This document shows, piece after piece, positions 21,704 through 29,542 of a DNA stretch of 29,892 nt (positions are counted from its first letter, which is position 1; each line of letters starts with the position of its first letter). A program made the position numbers and the translations under genes. Source of the stretch: an uncultured archaeon (GTDB lineage Archaea > Thermoproteota > Bathyarchaeia > TCS64); contig CBDUMJ010000001.1 in assembly GCA_965368285.1 (NCBI GenBank), positions 1 through 29,892 on the forward strand, in the 5' to 3' direction. The notes under the pieces are model-generated. The model saw nothing but the letters and a program-made list of their open reading frames with translations, was not told where the DNA came from and made no database searches.

Positions 21704-22069
21704 GTGAATGAAGCGATGGTAACCGTGTTTAATGAGGAGGGGCGCCCGTTAATTACCATATACAAGCATTACGGAGGTCACCCGGAAGGTCTGGGTGTGT
21801 TCTTAAGGCGTTTCTTAAAGGATAGGACAGTTATACGTGGTAACCCAACTCCTGAGCTGAGAGATCGCTTGAAGATGTCGAATGGTATGGGTGATCTCGC
21901 GGCTCAGTTAATTTGTGAACTCAAGAAGAAATCGTTCGTAGGTGACGTCTATATAAGTCCTATAGGGATTAATATGGGAGTGAAATACACTTACAATATT
22001 AGGTTTGGTGGTTATGGGCATCCTGTAACCTTAGAGGTACGTAAAACACAATATGGAGAGGAATCATGA
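21704..22069 (+). CDS. Conserved hypothetical phage protein
   Basis: IYKHYGGHPEGLG...FL...NGMGDLAAQL resembles a pattern I recall from uncharacterised phage proteins (YxHxDGYP...NGMGCLAAQL). Confidence 0.7.
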   Translation: MNEAMVTVFNEEGRPLITIYKHYGGHPEGLGVFLRRFLKDRTVIRGNPTPELRDRLKMSNGMGDLAAQLICELKKKSFVGDVYISPIGINMGVKYTYNIRFGGYGHPVTLEVRKTQYGEES

Positions 22070-22665
22070 AAGAAAAATTGAAGAATGTATACCTGCGTGT
22101 AGAAGATGGAACATGGGTTTCTCCCACAGTATTGAAGTGTATGCACTCCGACTTTGTACGGAAGAGTGTTGATCGAACAGGGATGCCTTCATCTATAAGT
22201 AGTGCTTTGGCGTTTCTAATAAAGAAGGGATACATTGAAATACACCCGACGCGAGCCGGGCGTGAGTTTGCAGACAGGTTCATGAGGCTGTACGAGCAGA
22301 GAGAAAGGAAGCTGGTTGACGCGACTAAAGTGCGGAGACAAATGCGTCATACCGCTCTAAAAGGGACGTTTTGTTTAGATGAAATCATTCCTAGTGAAGC
22401 CCCTAGTGATCCAAATGTAACTATTTGTGGGCATTATGAAGATGATGTCAGAGTTACAGTGACTTCGATTTATAAATACATCAAACTCAAGAAAGGACAC
22501 ATAGTGTCGTATGTAGACAAGGGAAAGCTTTATGATAAGATAATAACTGACGTCTCTACTGTACTGATAGAGTCACCTGAAGGGAAGATGTGGTTACTTA
22601 AAGTTGGTGTAAGCCAACTGAAGTGGTTCGTGAATTGGTATAGATCACGTAAGACTGTTAGATAA
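22066..22665 (+). CDS. Paralog family B member 2
   Basis: Aligns with 19094-19702; ATGA overlap. Confidence 0.85.
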   Translation: MKEKLKNVYLRVEDGTWVSPTVLKCMHSDFVRKSVDRTGMPSSISSALAFLIKKGYIEIHPTRAGREFADRFMRLYEQRERKLVDATKVRRQMRHTALKGTFCLDEIIPSEAPSDPNVTICGHYEDDVRVTVTSIYKYIKLKKGHIVSYVDKGKLYDKIITDVSTVLIESPEGKMWLLKVGVSQLKWFVNWYRSRKTVR

Positions 22666-22675
22666 AGGAGATAAG

Positions 22676-22888
22676 ATGAAAGATGGTAAAGAACATTTGA
22701 CCATAGAAGGCTATGTAATAACAAGAAGACATGGAAACTACATCGTTGCAAAGGAAGTCCTTGAAGATTTAAAGGTGAGTTTGAAAGGGATGACAGTGTC
22801 GCAAAAAGGTCGGCCGGTTGGTAGAATTGAAGAAGTTGAGGTAGATGATAAAGGGTTACGAGTTAAAATTAAGATGTTTAAAAAGTGA
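22676..22888 (+). CDS. Small protein resembling part of the HK97 prohead protease fold
   Basis: LTIEGYV...RPVGRIEEVEVDDKGLRVKI; AAGGAG SD; catalytic His not visible. Confidence 0.6.
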   Translation: MKDGKEHLTIEGYVITRRHGNYIVAKEVLEDLKVSLKGMTVSQKGRPVGRIEEVEVDDKGLRVKIKMFKK

Positions 22889-22915
22889 AGTAAGCCTTCT
22901 TGGAAGTCTGGTTTG

Positions 22916-23245
22916 ATGCGAGTGTTAACTTCTATATTGTCACGTGCTGTGCCGGATGTGCGAGTTGAATCAGTGGAAATAGTTGAATCGGCGATCAGGG
23001 CGTGGTGCTGGATCCAGATCAGACCAAATCATGAGAAGTACTGGGAGCGGTTCGTGGAACTTTACCCGCACTGGAAGCGAGTGGGCTTTAAGTATGGTCA
23101 TTTGGATCTCGGGGCTACTCCTACATTTCCTTCACGGTTTTTGTTAATGGGTTGGTTATCAGAGGTGTTAGGTTTAACACAAGGAGAGAAAAAGCTTTTA
23201 TACCTCAATCTAGGACACAATTGTGATATGTTTACTAACCGTTAA
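22916..23245 (+). CDS. Paralog family A member (isolated copy)
   Basis: LSRAVPDVRVESVEIV...PNHEKYWERF...WLSEVLGLTQGEKKLL. Confidence 0.85.
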   Translation: MRVLTSILSRAVPDVRVESVEIVESAIRAWCWIQIRPNHEKYWERFVELYPHWKRVGFKYGHLDLGATPTFPSRFLLMGWLSEVLGLTQGEKKLLYLNLGHNCDMFTNR

Positions 23246-23624
23246 GTGAACAGAGGATTGCTTGGGAGTTGACGTGGTTGCCCTTTTTGAGAAGTAGCGC
23301 TTAGTCATTCAAGAGGAGTTAAAAAATTCAGTGACCACTCCAAACTATGCGTTATATAAATAGCGCCAAAAGAGGCTTATTTTGGTAATGATGAGTTATA
23401 GGGAGGTTAGAGTGAATACAGGTCCCAAAAATTTAGTGATGGCGCGTTTATCTGGCACGTGTGAGGCCGAGAAAAGATCAGTGTTGGACTCCTGAGGAGT
23501 GAGATGAAAAGGTTTGACAGTATAAGTGATTTCTATAAAGTTTTGTCAAGAATTTCAGTGCTGAAGAGTAGGAGGAGTTAAGAATTTTGGTGCTAGAACC
23601 TGGCGCTCCACTCCACAAAAATTC

Positions 23625-23680
23625 TGAACCATCAAGTACCCCTATAATATAATTAATATATATAGGTACTTGGTGGTTCA
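23625..23680. repeat. Long imperfect inverted repeat with AT-rich centre
   Basis: TGAACCATCAAGTACC / GGTACTTGGTGGTTCA (16 bp, one G-T) around CCTATAATATAATTAATATATATA. Confidence 0.85.
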
Positions 23681-23728
23681 AAATGATCCACGAATTTTGG
23701 TGATGGAGCGTTATCTAAGGAGGGTGTT

Positions 23729-24094
23729 ATGAGAGTAGTGGGTTTGAAAGTAGTAGAAGTGCTGAGGCCAACACTTCTACTGTGTGAGATACCAAACACC
23801 AAAGCGATCGATGTGACTGTTAACCACAATAGCAGAACACACCAGTTTACACTCAACCCAAACTTTGCTCCGACTTTTGCGGATTTGAAGTATCTTGGTT
23901 ACGAATACGTACCTGTTGACATAAGCGAAGACACTGATGGAATTATTGATTCAGTTTGTATTGGTAAAGTTCCAGCAAAAATGGCTGTTCTCGATTTCTT
24001 GTCACAGTACTCCAGCAAGTTCCAGAGAGGTCTCGAAGAGTTGTGGTGGATCGTTAAAGGCGACGTTATATATTTGTTTGGTTGGTGGGACTAG
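23729..24094 (+). CDS. Hypothetical protein
   Basis: AAGGAGG SD. Confidence 0.75.
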   Translation: MRVVGLKVVEVLRPTLLLCEIPNTKAIDVTVNHNSRTHQFTLNPNFAPTFADLKYLGYEYVPVDISEDTDGIIDSVCIGKVPAKMAVLDFLSQYSSKFQRGLEELWWIVKGDVIYLFGWWD

Positions 24095-24096
24095 TT

Positions 24097-24222
24097 ATGT
24101 ATAAGATAGTTGCTTACCACCCAGGTGCTGGTAAGTACTTAATAAGGCGTTGGGATGGTGTTCAGTTCTTCTGTAACCTCAAGATGTTAAACTTCGTGTT
24201 GCGGTTGGGGCTTATTCAATAG
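24097..24222 (+). CDS. Small protein (41 aa, below the track cutoff)
   Basis: MYKIVAYHPGAGKYLIRRWDGVQFFCNLKMLNFVLRLGLIQ exactly fills the gap between neighbours. Confidence 0.5.
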   Translation: MYKIVAYHPGAGKYLIRRWDGVQFFCNLKMLNFVLRLGLIQ

Positions 24223-24231
24223 GAGGTGAAG

Positions 24232-24576
24232 ATGAGAATAGGGTTTAGGAAGTTTGGCGCAGGATCTGATAGGGACTTTGGAGAAGTGGAAGTTCCTCAG
24301 AATGTCTTACTTCTTATAAACGGCTGCCCCAGAGTTGCGGTTGAAGACTTGGGGGACGTACCTACTTCTAGATTGAACAAGTTAGTGCGAAGGCGTTCCA
24401 CACTTGTTTCTGGAATGGACACGGGTTTCATGGTGGTTAAATATAAACATATGGTAGAAGTAGGATTAGCCTCACCTATTGGCTGGATCAATCCAGATGA
24501 CACAGAGATTCTGTTGGTGTGTGAAAAAGACGATGAGAGGACCCACGTCGTTTGGATCCACTCACATTGGGAATAA
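24232..24576 (+). CDS. Hypothetical protein
   Basis: ATG after AGGAGGTGA SD. Confidence 0.75.
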   Translation: MRIGFRKFGAGSDRDFGEVEVPQNVLLLINGCPRVAVEDLGDVPTSRLNKLVRRRSTLVSGMDTGFMVVKYKHMVEVGLASPIGWINPDDTEILLVCEKDDERTHVVWIHSHWE

Positions 24577-24586
24577 CCTATATGAT

Positions 24587-24636
24587 TATCATATGCTCAT
24601 TGCGCCATATCTTAGCGATAAGCGCGGGTTCCTGCT
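24587..24636 (+). repeat. 50-bp dispersed repeat, copy 2
   Basis: 43/50 identical to 7846-7895. Confidence 0.85.
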
Positions 24637-24669
24637 GATACGTATGTAAACCCTTTGTAGGAGGGGAGA

Positions 24670-24861
24670 ATGACAGTAAAAGAGCTTGCAAAGTTGTTGA
24701 ATAGCTTAAAACCTGAGCTTCAAGATAAAGAGGTGAAGGTACCCACTCCGGGTGGTTACTTGCCCGCGACTGTGAAGTTCCATAAGAAGACCCACGATTT
24801 CTCCTTAACTAAGGAGAGTGTGGAGTTTGTCGTAGTAACGTACGCGGGAACTTACGACTAG
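24670..24861 (+). CDS. Small phage protein (MTVKEL-type N-terminus)
   Basis: GGAGGGGAG SD. Confidence 0.7.
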   Translation: MTVKELAKLLNSLKPELQDKEVKVPTPGGYLPATVKFHKKTHDFSLTKESVEFVVVTYAGTYD

Positions 24862-24870
24862 GAGTGTGTT

Positions 24871-25104
24871 GTGTTGAAGGAGGAGATTTTAAAGATTTTA
24901 GAATCGAGTACAGGCGACCTTGAGGAAGTCGCGATCAAGATAGAGAACCTTGTGTTGTCAATCATTCCTCATAGGGAGGTGTATGATAGAGACGATGTGA
25001 CGAACCCAGACTTTGCTACTACATGTGCGTTTAAAGACGGATGGAATGATTGTATAGATGAGATGATGAGGAGAATTGAGGATGAGGAAGAGAGTAGTGA
25101 TTGA
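24871..25104 (+). CDS. Small acidic phage protein
   Basis: AGGAG SD; GWNDCIDE motif. Confidence 0.7.
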   Translation: MLKEEILKILESSTGDLEEVAIKIENLVLSIIPHREVYDRDDVTNPDFATTCAFKDGWNDCIDEMMRRIEDEEESSD

Positions 25105-25357
25105 TGTTCACAAAGCAATTCCTATAAAGGACTTGGATTTGGTGTTGCAGATATGGGTAGACGAGATTAGACGTAATTTTGGCGTTGAAGTAGTTGAAAC
25201 AGGTACATTAGCTATCTATGGTGACATGCTGTATATTGCGGATGACGCGCCACTCACAGTAGAGGGCACTGACGAGGACATTAAAAGGTTTATGGACGTA
25301 TTGGGCCTTACTGATATTATAAAAGAAGAGTCCAGTGAGAGCGGAGCGGTCGATTAG
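25076..25357 (+). CDS. Hypothetical protein (true start possibly GTG 25097)
   Basis: ORF on the gene-dense strand, overlapping neighbours. Confidence 0.65.
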   Translation: MRMRKRVVIDVHKAIPIKDLDLVLQIWVDEIRRNFGVEVVETGTLAIYGDMLYIADDAPLTVEGTDEDIKRFMDVLGLTDIIKEESSESGAVD

Positions 25358-25706
25358 GGCGCGTAAGAGACAGTGGATGCGGAGAGTTGTTTTACGGGCC
25401 ACATTTAATCTAGATGAGGTTACAAGAGGAGTACAAGGAGATTTAGTAATCTATGGTCATTACAATAAAGTTAAGGCAGTTGTAAGTTATCAACATGTGT
25501 CAAACTATGATTTTGCTCATGTTGTCCTACAACACGATGATGTCTCAACCGCCTCATATTACGGTGAGTGCTGTAGGAAGGTACTGGCAGACGTGCTTCA
25601 CGTGATAAAGGAGACGAGCAAAGGGCGTCTGTACTTGTTGAAAGAGGATTATTTACGACGTTTCGTTATTACTGTAGAGAAATGGATAAAGAATCGAACG
25701 TTGTAG
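25335..25706 (+). CDS. Paralog family B member 3 (C-terminal domain only)
   Basis: MRRVVLRATFNLDEV...IYGHY...SKGRLYLLK aligns with the C-halves of 19094 and 22066. Confidence 0.75.
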   Translation: MRAERSIRARKRQWMRRVVLRATFNLDEVTRGVQGDLVIYGHYNKVKAVVSYQHVSNYDFAHVVLQHDDVSTASYYGECCRKVLADVLHVIKETSKGRLYLLKEDYLRRFVITVEKWIKNRTL

Positions 25707-26038
25707 AAGGCATCATTCCATCTAACATTCAGACTTGGGTAGATAGCATCTTGGAAGAAGTGTCGGATGAGGTCGGAAAGGAAGAGAATGGAGAATTCCT
25801 TTTACTCTATGAGGGGTGGAGCGATATATGTGTGAGTGAAGTAACTGACCCTTTAAAGTCTGATAAGGAAAATGAAGATGCTTGTTATGCGTTTGCTGAA
25901 GAGCAAAGTGACAAAGTTATTGAAGAGTGGGTTGTGGAATATACTGGATACCAGTTAGTTCAGTGTGGGTACGAGCGAAGGTTAGGACTTTATGGAGTCA
26001 CGTGGGCTCTGTTTAAGAAGGTTGACGATGGAGTGTAG
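25682..26038 (+). CDS. Acidic hypothetical protein
   Basis: 118-aa ORF overlapping neighbours. Confidence 0.7.
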   Translation: MDKESNVVEGIIPSNIQTWVDSILEEVSDEVGKEENGEFLLLYEGWSDICVSEVTDPLKSDKENEDACYAFAEEQSDKVIEEWVVEYTGYQLVQCGYERRLGLYGVTWALFKKVDDGV

Positions 26039-26702
26039 GGGTTTAAGAGTAATTAGTGTTCGTGAAATAATTAAGAAGCGGTTTGGAGTCGGATGGGAGA
26101 CGCTAGGCGCTTTGGTAAACAATGGTTACCTTGAGATAGGCTCGACTTTTGAGCCTGTGACTGATATGACGGATATTCACCTTGCCTGTGTATGGGAGGA
26201 TGATCACCTCCCTTGTGTCTCTCTTTTCTTCCGCGACGAGAAAGGCAGGTTGCGTTACGCAGAAATCCTATACAATGAATTTGGACCGGGTATGGTGGTA
26301 TATGCTCCTGGTTCGGATGTCGCGAAAAAGGATTTGATTCGTGAGGTGAATCGTTTCTATAGTTATGGGGGACGGTCTGGCAAAGATGTGATTGGGGATT
26401 GGGGTTCCTCGGATGCATATGTCTGCCGGGATGGAGGTAGATATTTCACGGTTGTGGATAGTCGTCAAATGGGAGTAAAGGTAGCTTTTTGTGGCGTTGA
26501 GGATCTTCACCTGTTTAGAGGGAGCGTTGAGTGGCGGATGAAGACCGACGTTGGAGTTTGGATTATTGAAGCCACTTTTGACACACCAACTGATGCGCTG
26601 GCGTGGTATTTATATAAAGGAGGGCTGGCGAAGCGTGATGAAGCACGTCAGATAGCCAGACTTTTGTTGATATTAAAGGGCTCACGGGTTTTACGAACAT
26701 AG
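26028..26702 (+). CDS. Paralog family C member 2 with C-terminal extension
   Basis: MTDIHLACVWEDDHLPCVSLFFRDEKGRLRYAEILY; start could be 25992 or 26028. Confidence 0.8.
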   Translation: MECRGLRVISVREIIKKRFGVGWETLGALVNNGYLEIGSTFEPVTDMTDIHLACVWEDDHLPCVSLFFRDEKGRLRYAEILYNEFGPGMVVYAPGSDVAKKDLIREVNRFYSYGGRSGKDVIGDWGSSDAYVCRDGGRYFTVVDSRQMGVKVAFCGVEDLHLFRGSVEWRMKTDVGVWIIEATFDTPTDALAWYLYKGGLAKRDEARQIARLLLILKGSRVLRT

Positions 26703-26714
26703 AAGGAGGGGGAA

Positions 26715-26918
26715 ATGGAGGAGAGATTTTTCTTACTGGAAGAAGTTAAAGATGGAGTTTGTATCATTCTCGACGAAGTGCTTACTAAAGTAGAGAGGGC
26801 TGGTGAGAGGAAGGTTGTTGTGAGGGATGTGGTGAAGATAGAAGGACTTGAGTTGCCGTGGGAGGAGAAGGTAACGGTTATCGTAGGAAAAGATGGTAGG
26901 TTGTATTTACCTGTGTAG
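26715..26918 (+). CDS. Hypothetical protein
   Basis: AAGGAGG SD. Confidence 0.7.
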   Translation: MEERFFLLEEVKDGVCIILDEVLTKVERAGERKVVVRDVVKIEGLELPWEEKVTVIVGKDGRLYLPV

Positions 26919-26929
26919 AGGTGAGTGAA

Positions 26930-27106
26930 ATGAGTAAAATAAGTGATGAAGCTATGATGTACCATGCTGCTCAATTTATGGAGAAATCCTTAACTGCTTT
27001 TGAGAAGAAGCGTATAGGGAAAGAGGGTCATTTTGAAAAAGAGGTAAAAAGGAGGAGAAAGAGAAATAAGTTAGCGCGATTAAGCCGAAGGCGTAATCGT
27101 CGGTAA
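26930..27106 (+). CDS. Small protein with very basic C-terminal tail
   Basis: KRRRKRNKLARLSRRRNRR; GAGGTGA SD. Confidence 0.7.
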   Translation: MSKISDEAMMYHAAQFMEKSLTAFEKKRIGKEGHFEKEVKRRRKRNKLARLSRRRNRR

Positions 27107-27127
27107 TACAAGCTGAAGGAGGGAAAA

Positions 27128-27469
27128 ATGAGAGTTGACAGATTCGAAATTGAGCGGGGAGTAACTGGAGTTACTGTTAGGGTCGAGGTTTCCACTGAGG
27201 TTGAGGTTAGGTTTGATATTTTAGTGCATCGGGAACTTGTTGCGGGTTTTAACTATGATGATAAAAGAAAGTTGGAGGGCGAGGAAAGCTTCGTCGAGCT
27301 TCGCTTTAGGACATCTGCCTTACAGAACTTGAACCAAGCGAAGCGCGCTGCCCAAGAGATAAAGGCGATCTTAGATGAAGTGAAGCGCAAAGAGCAGAAT
27401 GGGTTGGAATGGCTGCGAGTGGTTGAGGATTACTTAAGGAAGGAGTTTGAAGGACTTGTTACGGGTTAA
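27128..27469 (+). CDS. Paralog pair D member 1
   Basis: GVTVRV...VRF...GF...D...LEG...F aligns with the next gene; AAGGAGG SD. Confidence 0.8.
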   Translation: MRVDRFEIERGVTGVTVRVEVSTEVEVRFDILVHRELVAGFNYDDKRKLEGEESFVELRFRTSALQNLNQAKRAAQEIKAILDEVKRKEQNGLEWLRVVEDYLRKEFEGLVTG

Positions 27470-27819
27470 TGGGGGAGAATGTTTACGTTAAGGAGGTAAA
27501 GATGAGACGTACTTTGATGATTAAGAATGATAAGCAAGGTGTACGCGTTTCGGTGACGTTTGTGATGGCTAAGGCAGTCAGATTTGAGGGACCGATTAAG
27601 TTGGAAGTCCTGCAAGGGTTTACTAAGACGGATGAAGATGCGCTTAAAGGTAAAGCTGATTTTTGCACACTCGATTTGGTATCGGAAGTGGTTAAGAGTG
27701 TTGTAGATGCAAAGAAGGTGAAGGGGGAGTTGGCTAGGGTCAAACGCTGCTTAGAAGATTTAGAGTCGGAAGTGGTGACATTAGACAATTCTATAGAGGA
27801 AACCTTGTTTGGTGACTAA
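27469..27819 (+). CDS. Paralog pair D member 2
   Basis: TAATG overlap; GVRVSV...VRF...GF...D...LKG...F. Confidence 0.8.
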   Translation: MGENVYVKEVKMRRTLMIKNDKQGVRVSVTFVMAKAVRFEGPIKLEVLQGFTKTDEDALKGKADFCTLDLVSEVVKSVVDAKKVKGELARVKRCLEDLESEVVTLDNSIEETLFGD

Positions 27820-27837
27820 TAAACTGGAGGAAAGGCT

Positions 27838-28290
27838 ATGAAGTGCTACAGAATCGCGGTTAGGGGGGTTATTAGGACTCCTATTCAGTCTGTTGAAGAT
27901 TTCTATGAGGAATTGTACCAGATATTTCAGGACTATTTCGGTCCTGATGTTTGTGGTAGCCTAACTTTTGATGTAGAGCCGATTAGTGGTCAAGTTGTTA
28001 ACCCACAAAAACGCTGGGTGAAGTTACGGCGCATTGAGGAGTATAAAGACCTTAAAGAGTGTGGTTATAACCACGTAGTTGATAAATTAGGTTACACTCT
28101 TGATGATTTACGTGGGTGCTACGTGGATTGTGACGATCGCTATCATTTGTCAGTAGAACCTTCCGGTGTGGAACCGGTTACATTTGTGCATGTAACGAAT
28201 CATGGATGCTTTTTTAGGAACGTGACCGCAGTTAAAGTTGACACGGACTTATACCTTAGCGAGGAGGACTTTTCTGGTTGGAATTGTTAA
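27838..28290 (+). CDS. Hypothetical protein
   Basis: GGAGG SD. Confidence 0.75.
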   Translation: MKCYRIAVRGVIRTPIQSVEDFYEELYQIFQDYFGPDVCGSLTFDVEPISGQVVNPQKRWVKLRRIEEYKDLKECGYNHVVDKLGYTLDDLRGCYVDCDDRYHLSVEPSGVEPVTFVHVTNHGCFFRNVTAVKVDTDLYLSEEDFSGWNC

Positions 28291-28577
28291 CTCGGCTATT
28301 GTCACGTGCTGTGCCTGACGCTCGTGTCGAGTTAGTAGAGATAGCTCGTGTTGATAATAGGTTTTATATACACATTACTCCTAACCATTTTAGGTACTGG
28401 GGTCGGTTCAGAAGAAGGTACTTTTACAGTATGGATCTGGCGCAAGAACGTGGCGCAAGGGTTTTGCACACTGCTTGTCCAGAGTTTCATACAAAAAGGG
28501 ACTTAATTGACTGGTTGTCGGACACGTTGAAGTTAACACAAGGTGAGCGTAATCTTTTACATCTTTCTATAAAGTAG
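28278..28577 (+). CDS. Paralog family A, tandem copy 1
   Basis: LSRAVP...PNHFRYWGRF...CPEF...WLSDTLKLTQGERNLL. Confidence 0.85.
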   Translation: MELLTRLLSRAVPDARVELVEIARVDNRFYIHITPNHFRYWGRFRRRYFYSMDLAQERGARVLHTACPEFHTKRDLIDWLSDTLKLTQGERNLLHLSIK

Positions 28578-28586
28578 TGCTACAAA

Positions 28587-28886
28587 ATGTTAACGACAGT
28601 ACTAAGTCGGGCCGTGCCAGATGTATACGTTGAGTCAGCAGAAATAGTTAAATCATCAGCCAGAGCAGTGTGCTGGATCCGAGTTAGCCCAAATCATGAC
28701 AGGTATTGGAAGCGGTTCAAAGAGGTGTACCCTTATTGTTTGTGTCTGGCGCAAGAGTGCGGCGCGGAAATTAGACTCACTGCTTGCCCAGAGTTTTGCG
28801 CAAGAGAGGCCCTGATTGATTGGCTGTCGGATACTTTGCGCTTGACACAAGGGGAGAGAAATTTGTTGCATTTAATGAAGTTATGA
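28587..28886 (+). CDS. Paralog family A, tandem copy 2
   Basis: LSRAVP...PNHDRYWKRF...CPEF...WLSDTLRLTQGERNLL. Confidence 0.85.
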   Translation: MLTTVLSRAVPDVYVESAEIVKSSARAVCWIRVSPNHDRYWKRFKEVYPYCLCLAQECGAEIRLTACPEFCAREALIDWLSDTLRLTQGERNLLHLMKL

Positions 28887-29200
28887 TGATGCAGTCATTT
28901 TTTCGGATGTTAGTTCCGGATGTTTGTGTTGAGTCAGTACGTGTGGTAAATGCATATATGGGGTACTACTTACTTGTTCAACCGGATCATCAGGAATACT
29001 GGATTCGGTTCCGGAATGAATTCCCCGAGCTTATAACTTTGGCGTGCAGAGATTATGGTGCTTCGGCGAGGAGAGTAGAAGATGATCTTCCGTACCTTTG
29101 CCCCGTGTTTGCTTCGAAGGAGGACTTGATCGGGTGGTTGACGGTTATATTTCGTTTAACACGAGGTGAAAAAAACTTGTTGCGACTTTGTATGGCTTAA
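28883..29200 (+). CDS. Paralog family A, tandem copy 3
   Basis: Likely ATG 28883 (ATGA overlap); LVPDV...PDHQEYWIRF...CPVF...WLTVIFRLTRGEKNLL. Confidence 0.85.
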   Translation: MMMQSFFRMLVPDVCVESVRVVNAYMGYYLLVQPDHQEYWIRFRNEFPELITLACRDYGASARRVEDDLPYLCPVFASKEDLIGWLTVIFRLTRGEKNLLRLCMA

Positions 29201-29529
29201 TGCAATTATTGGTTAACATACTGTCACGTGCGGTATCTGGTGTACTTGTCAGTTTCGCGTCGATTGCGACATCGACAAAGAGTAAACAGTACTTCATTGC
29301 GGTTACACCAGATCACGCGGAGTACTGGGGGCGGTTTAAAGAGCGGTACCCTGATAGCATCTACTTAGCGCGAAGCCGTGGCGCGAGGGTTGATGATGTT
29401 GCTTGCCCAGAATTTACCACAGTGACGGACTTGTTGAATTGGTTGTCAGATGTATTAGGTTTAACGCAAGGAGAGAGGAAGCTATTGCGTTTTTGTAGTA
29501 ATGTGGTGAGATGTCATATGTTAGTGTAA
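29200..29529 (+). CDS. Paralog family A, tandem copy 4
   Basis: Likely ATG 29200 (TAATG overlap); LSRAV...PDHAEYWGRF...CPEF...WLSDVLGLTQGERKLL. Confidence 0.85.
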   Translation: MQLLVNILSRAVSGVLVSFASIATSTKSKQYFIAVTPDHAEYWGRFKERYPDSIYLARSRGARVDDVACPEFTTVTDLLNWLSDVLGLTQGERKLLRFCSNVVRCHMLV

Positions 29530-29542
29530 TTAGGAGTGATTA

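Noticed and set aside
23514-23539. sigma70 promoter TTGACA...TATAAA
   Set aside because: Spacer is 14 nt, outside the 16-18 nt range.
11561-26929. Track starts at GTG 11561, 14014, 14987, 15597, 16172, 24226, 26921 and ATG 11918
   Set aside because: These GTGs are the last bases of the (G)GAGGTG SD, and 11918 reads through a leader element; in-frame starts 6-12 nt downstream (11993 for the latter) fit better.
795-28871. Many short opposite-strand ORFs in the track (e.g. 795-1043, 2460-2684, 3426-3803, 4704-5405, 10832-11173, 12485-12922, 26648-26974, 27483-27788)
   Set aside because: They shadow longer genes with recognisable motifs or SDs, lack their own SD, and have Ser/Leu/Phe-rich composition typical of antisense frames of purine-rich genes.
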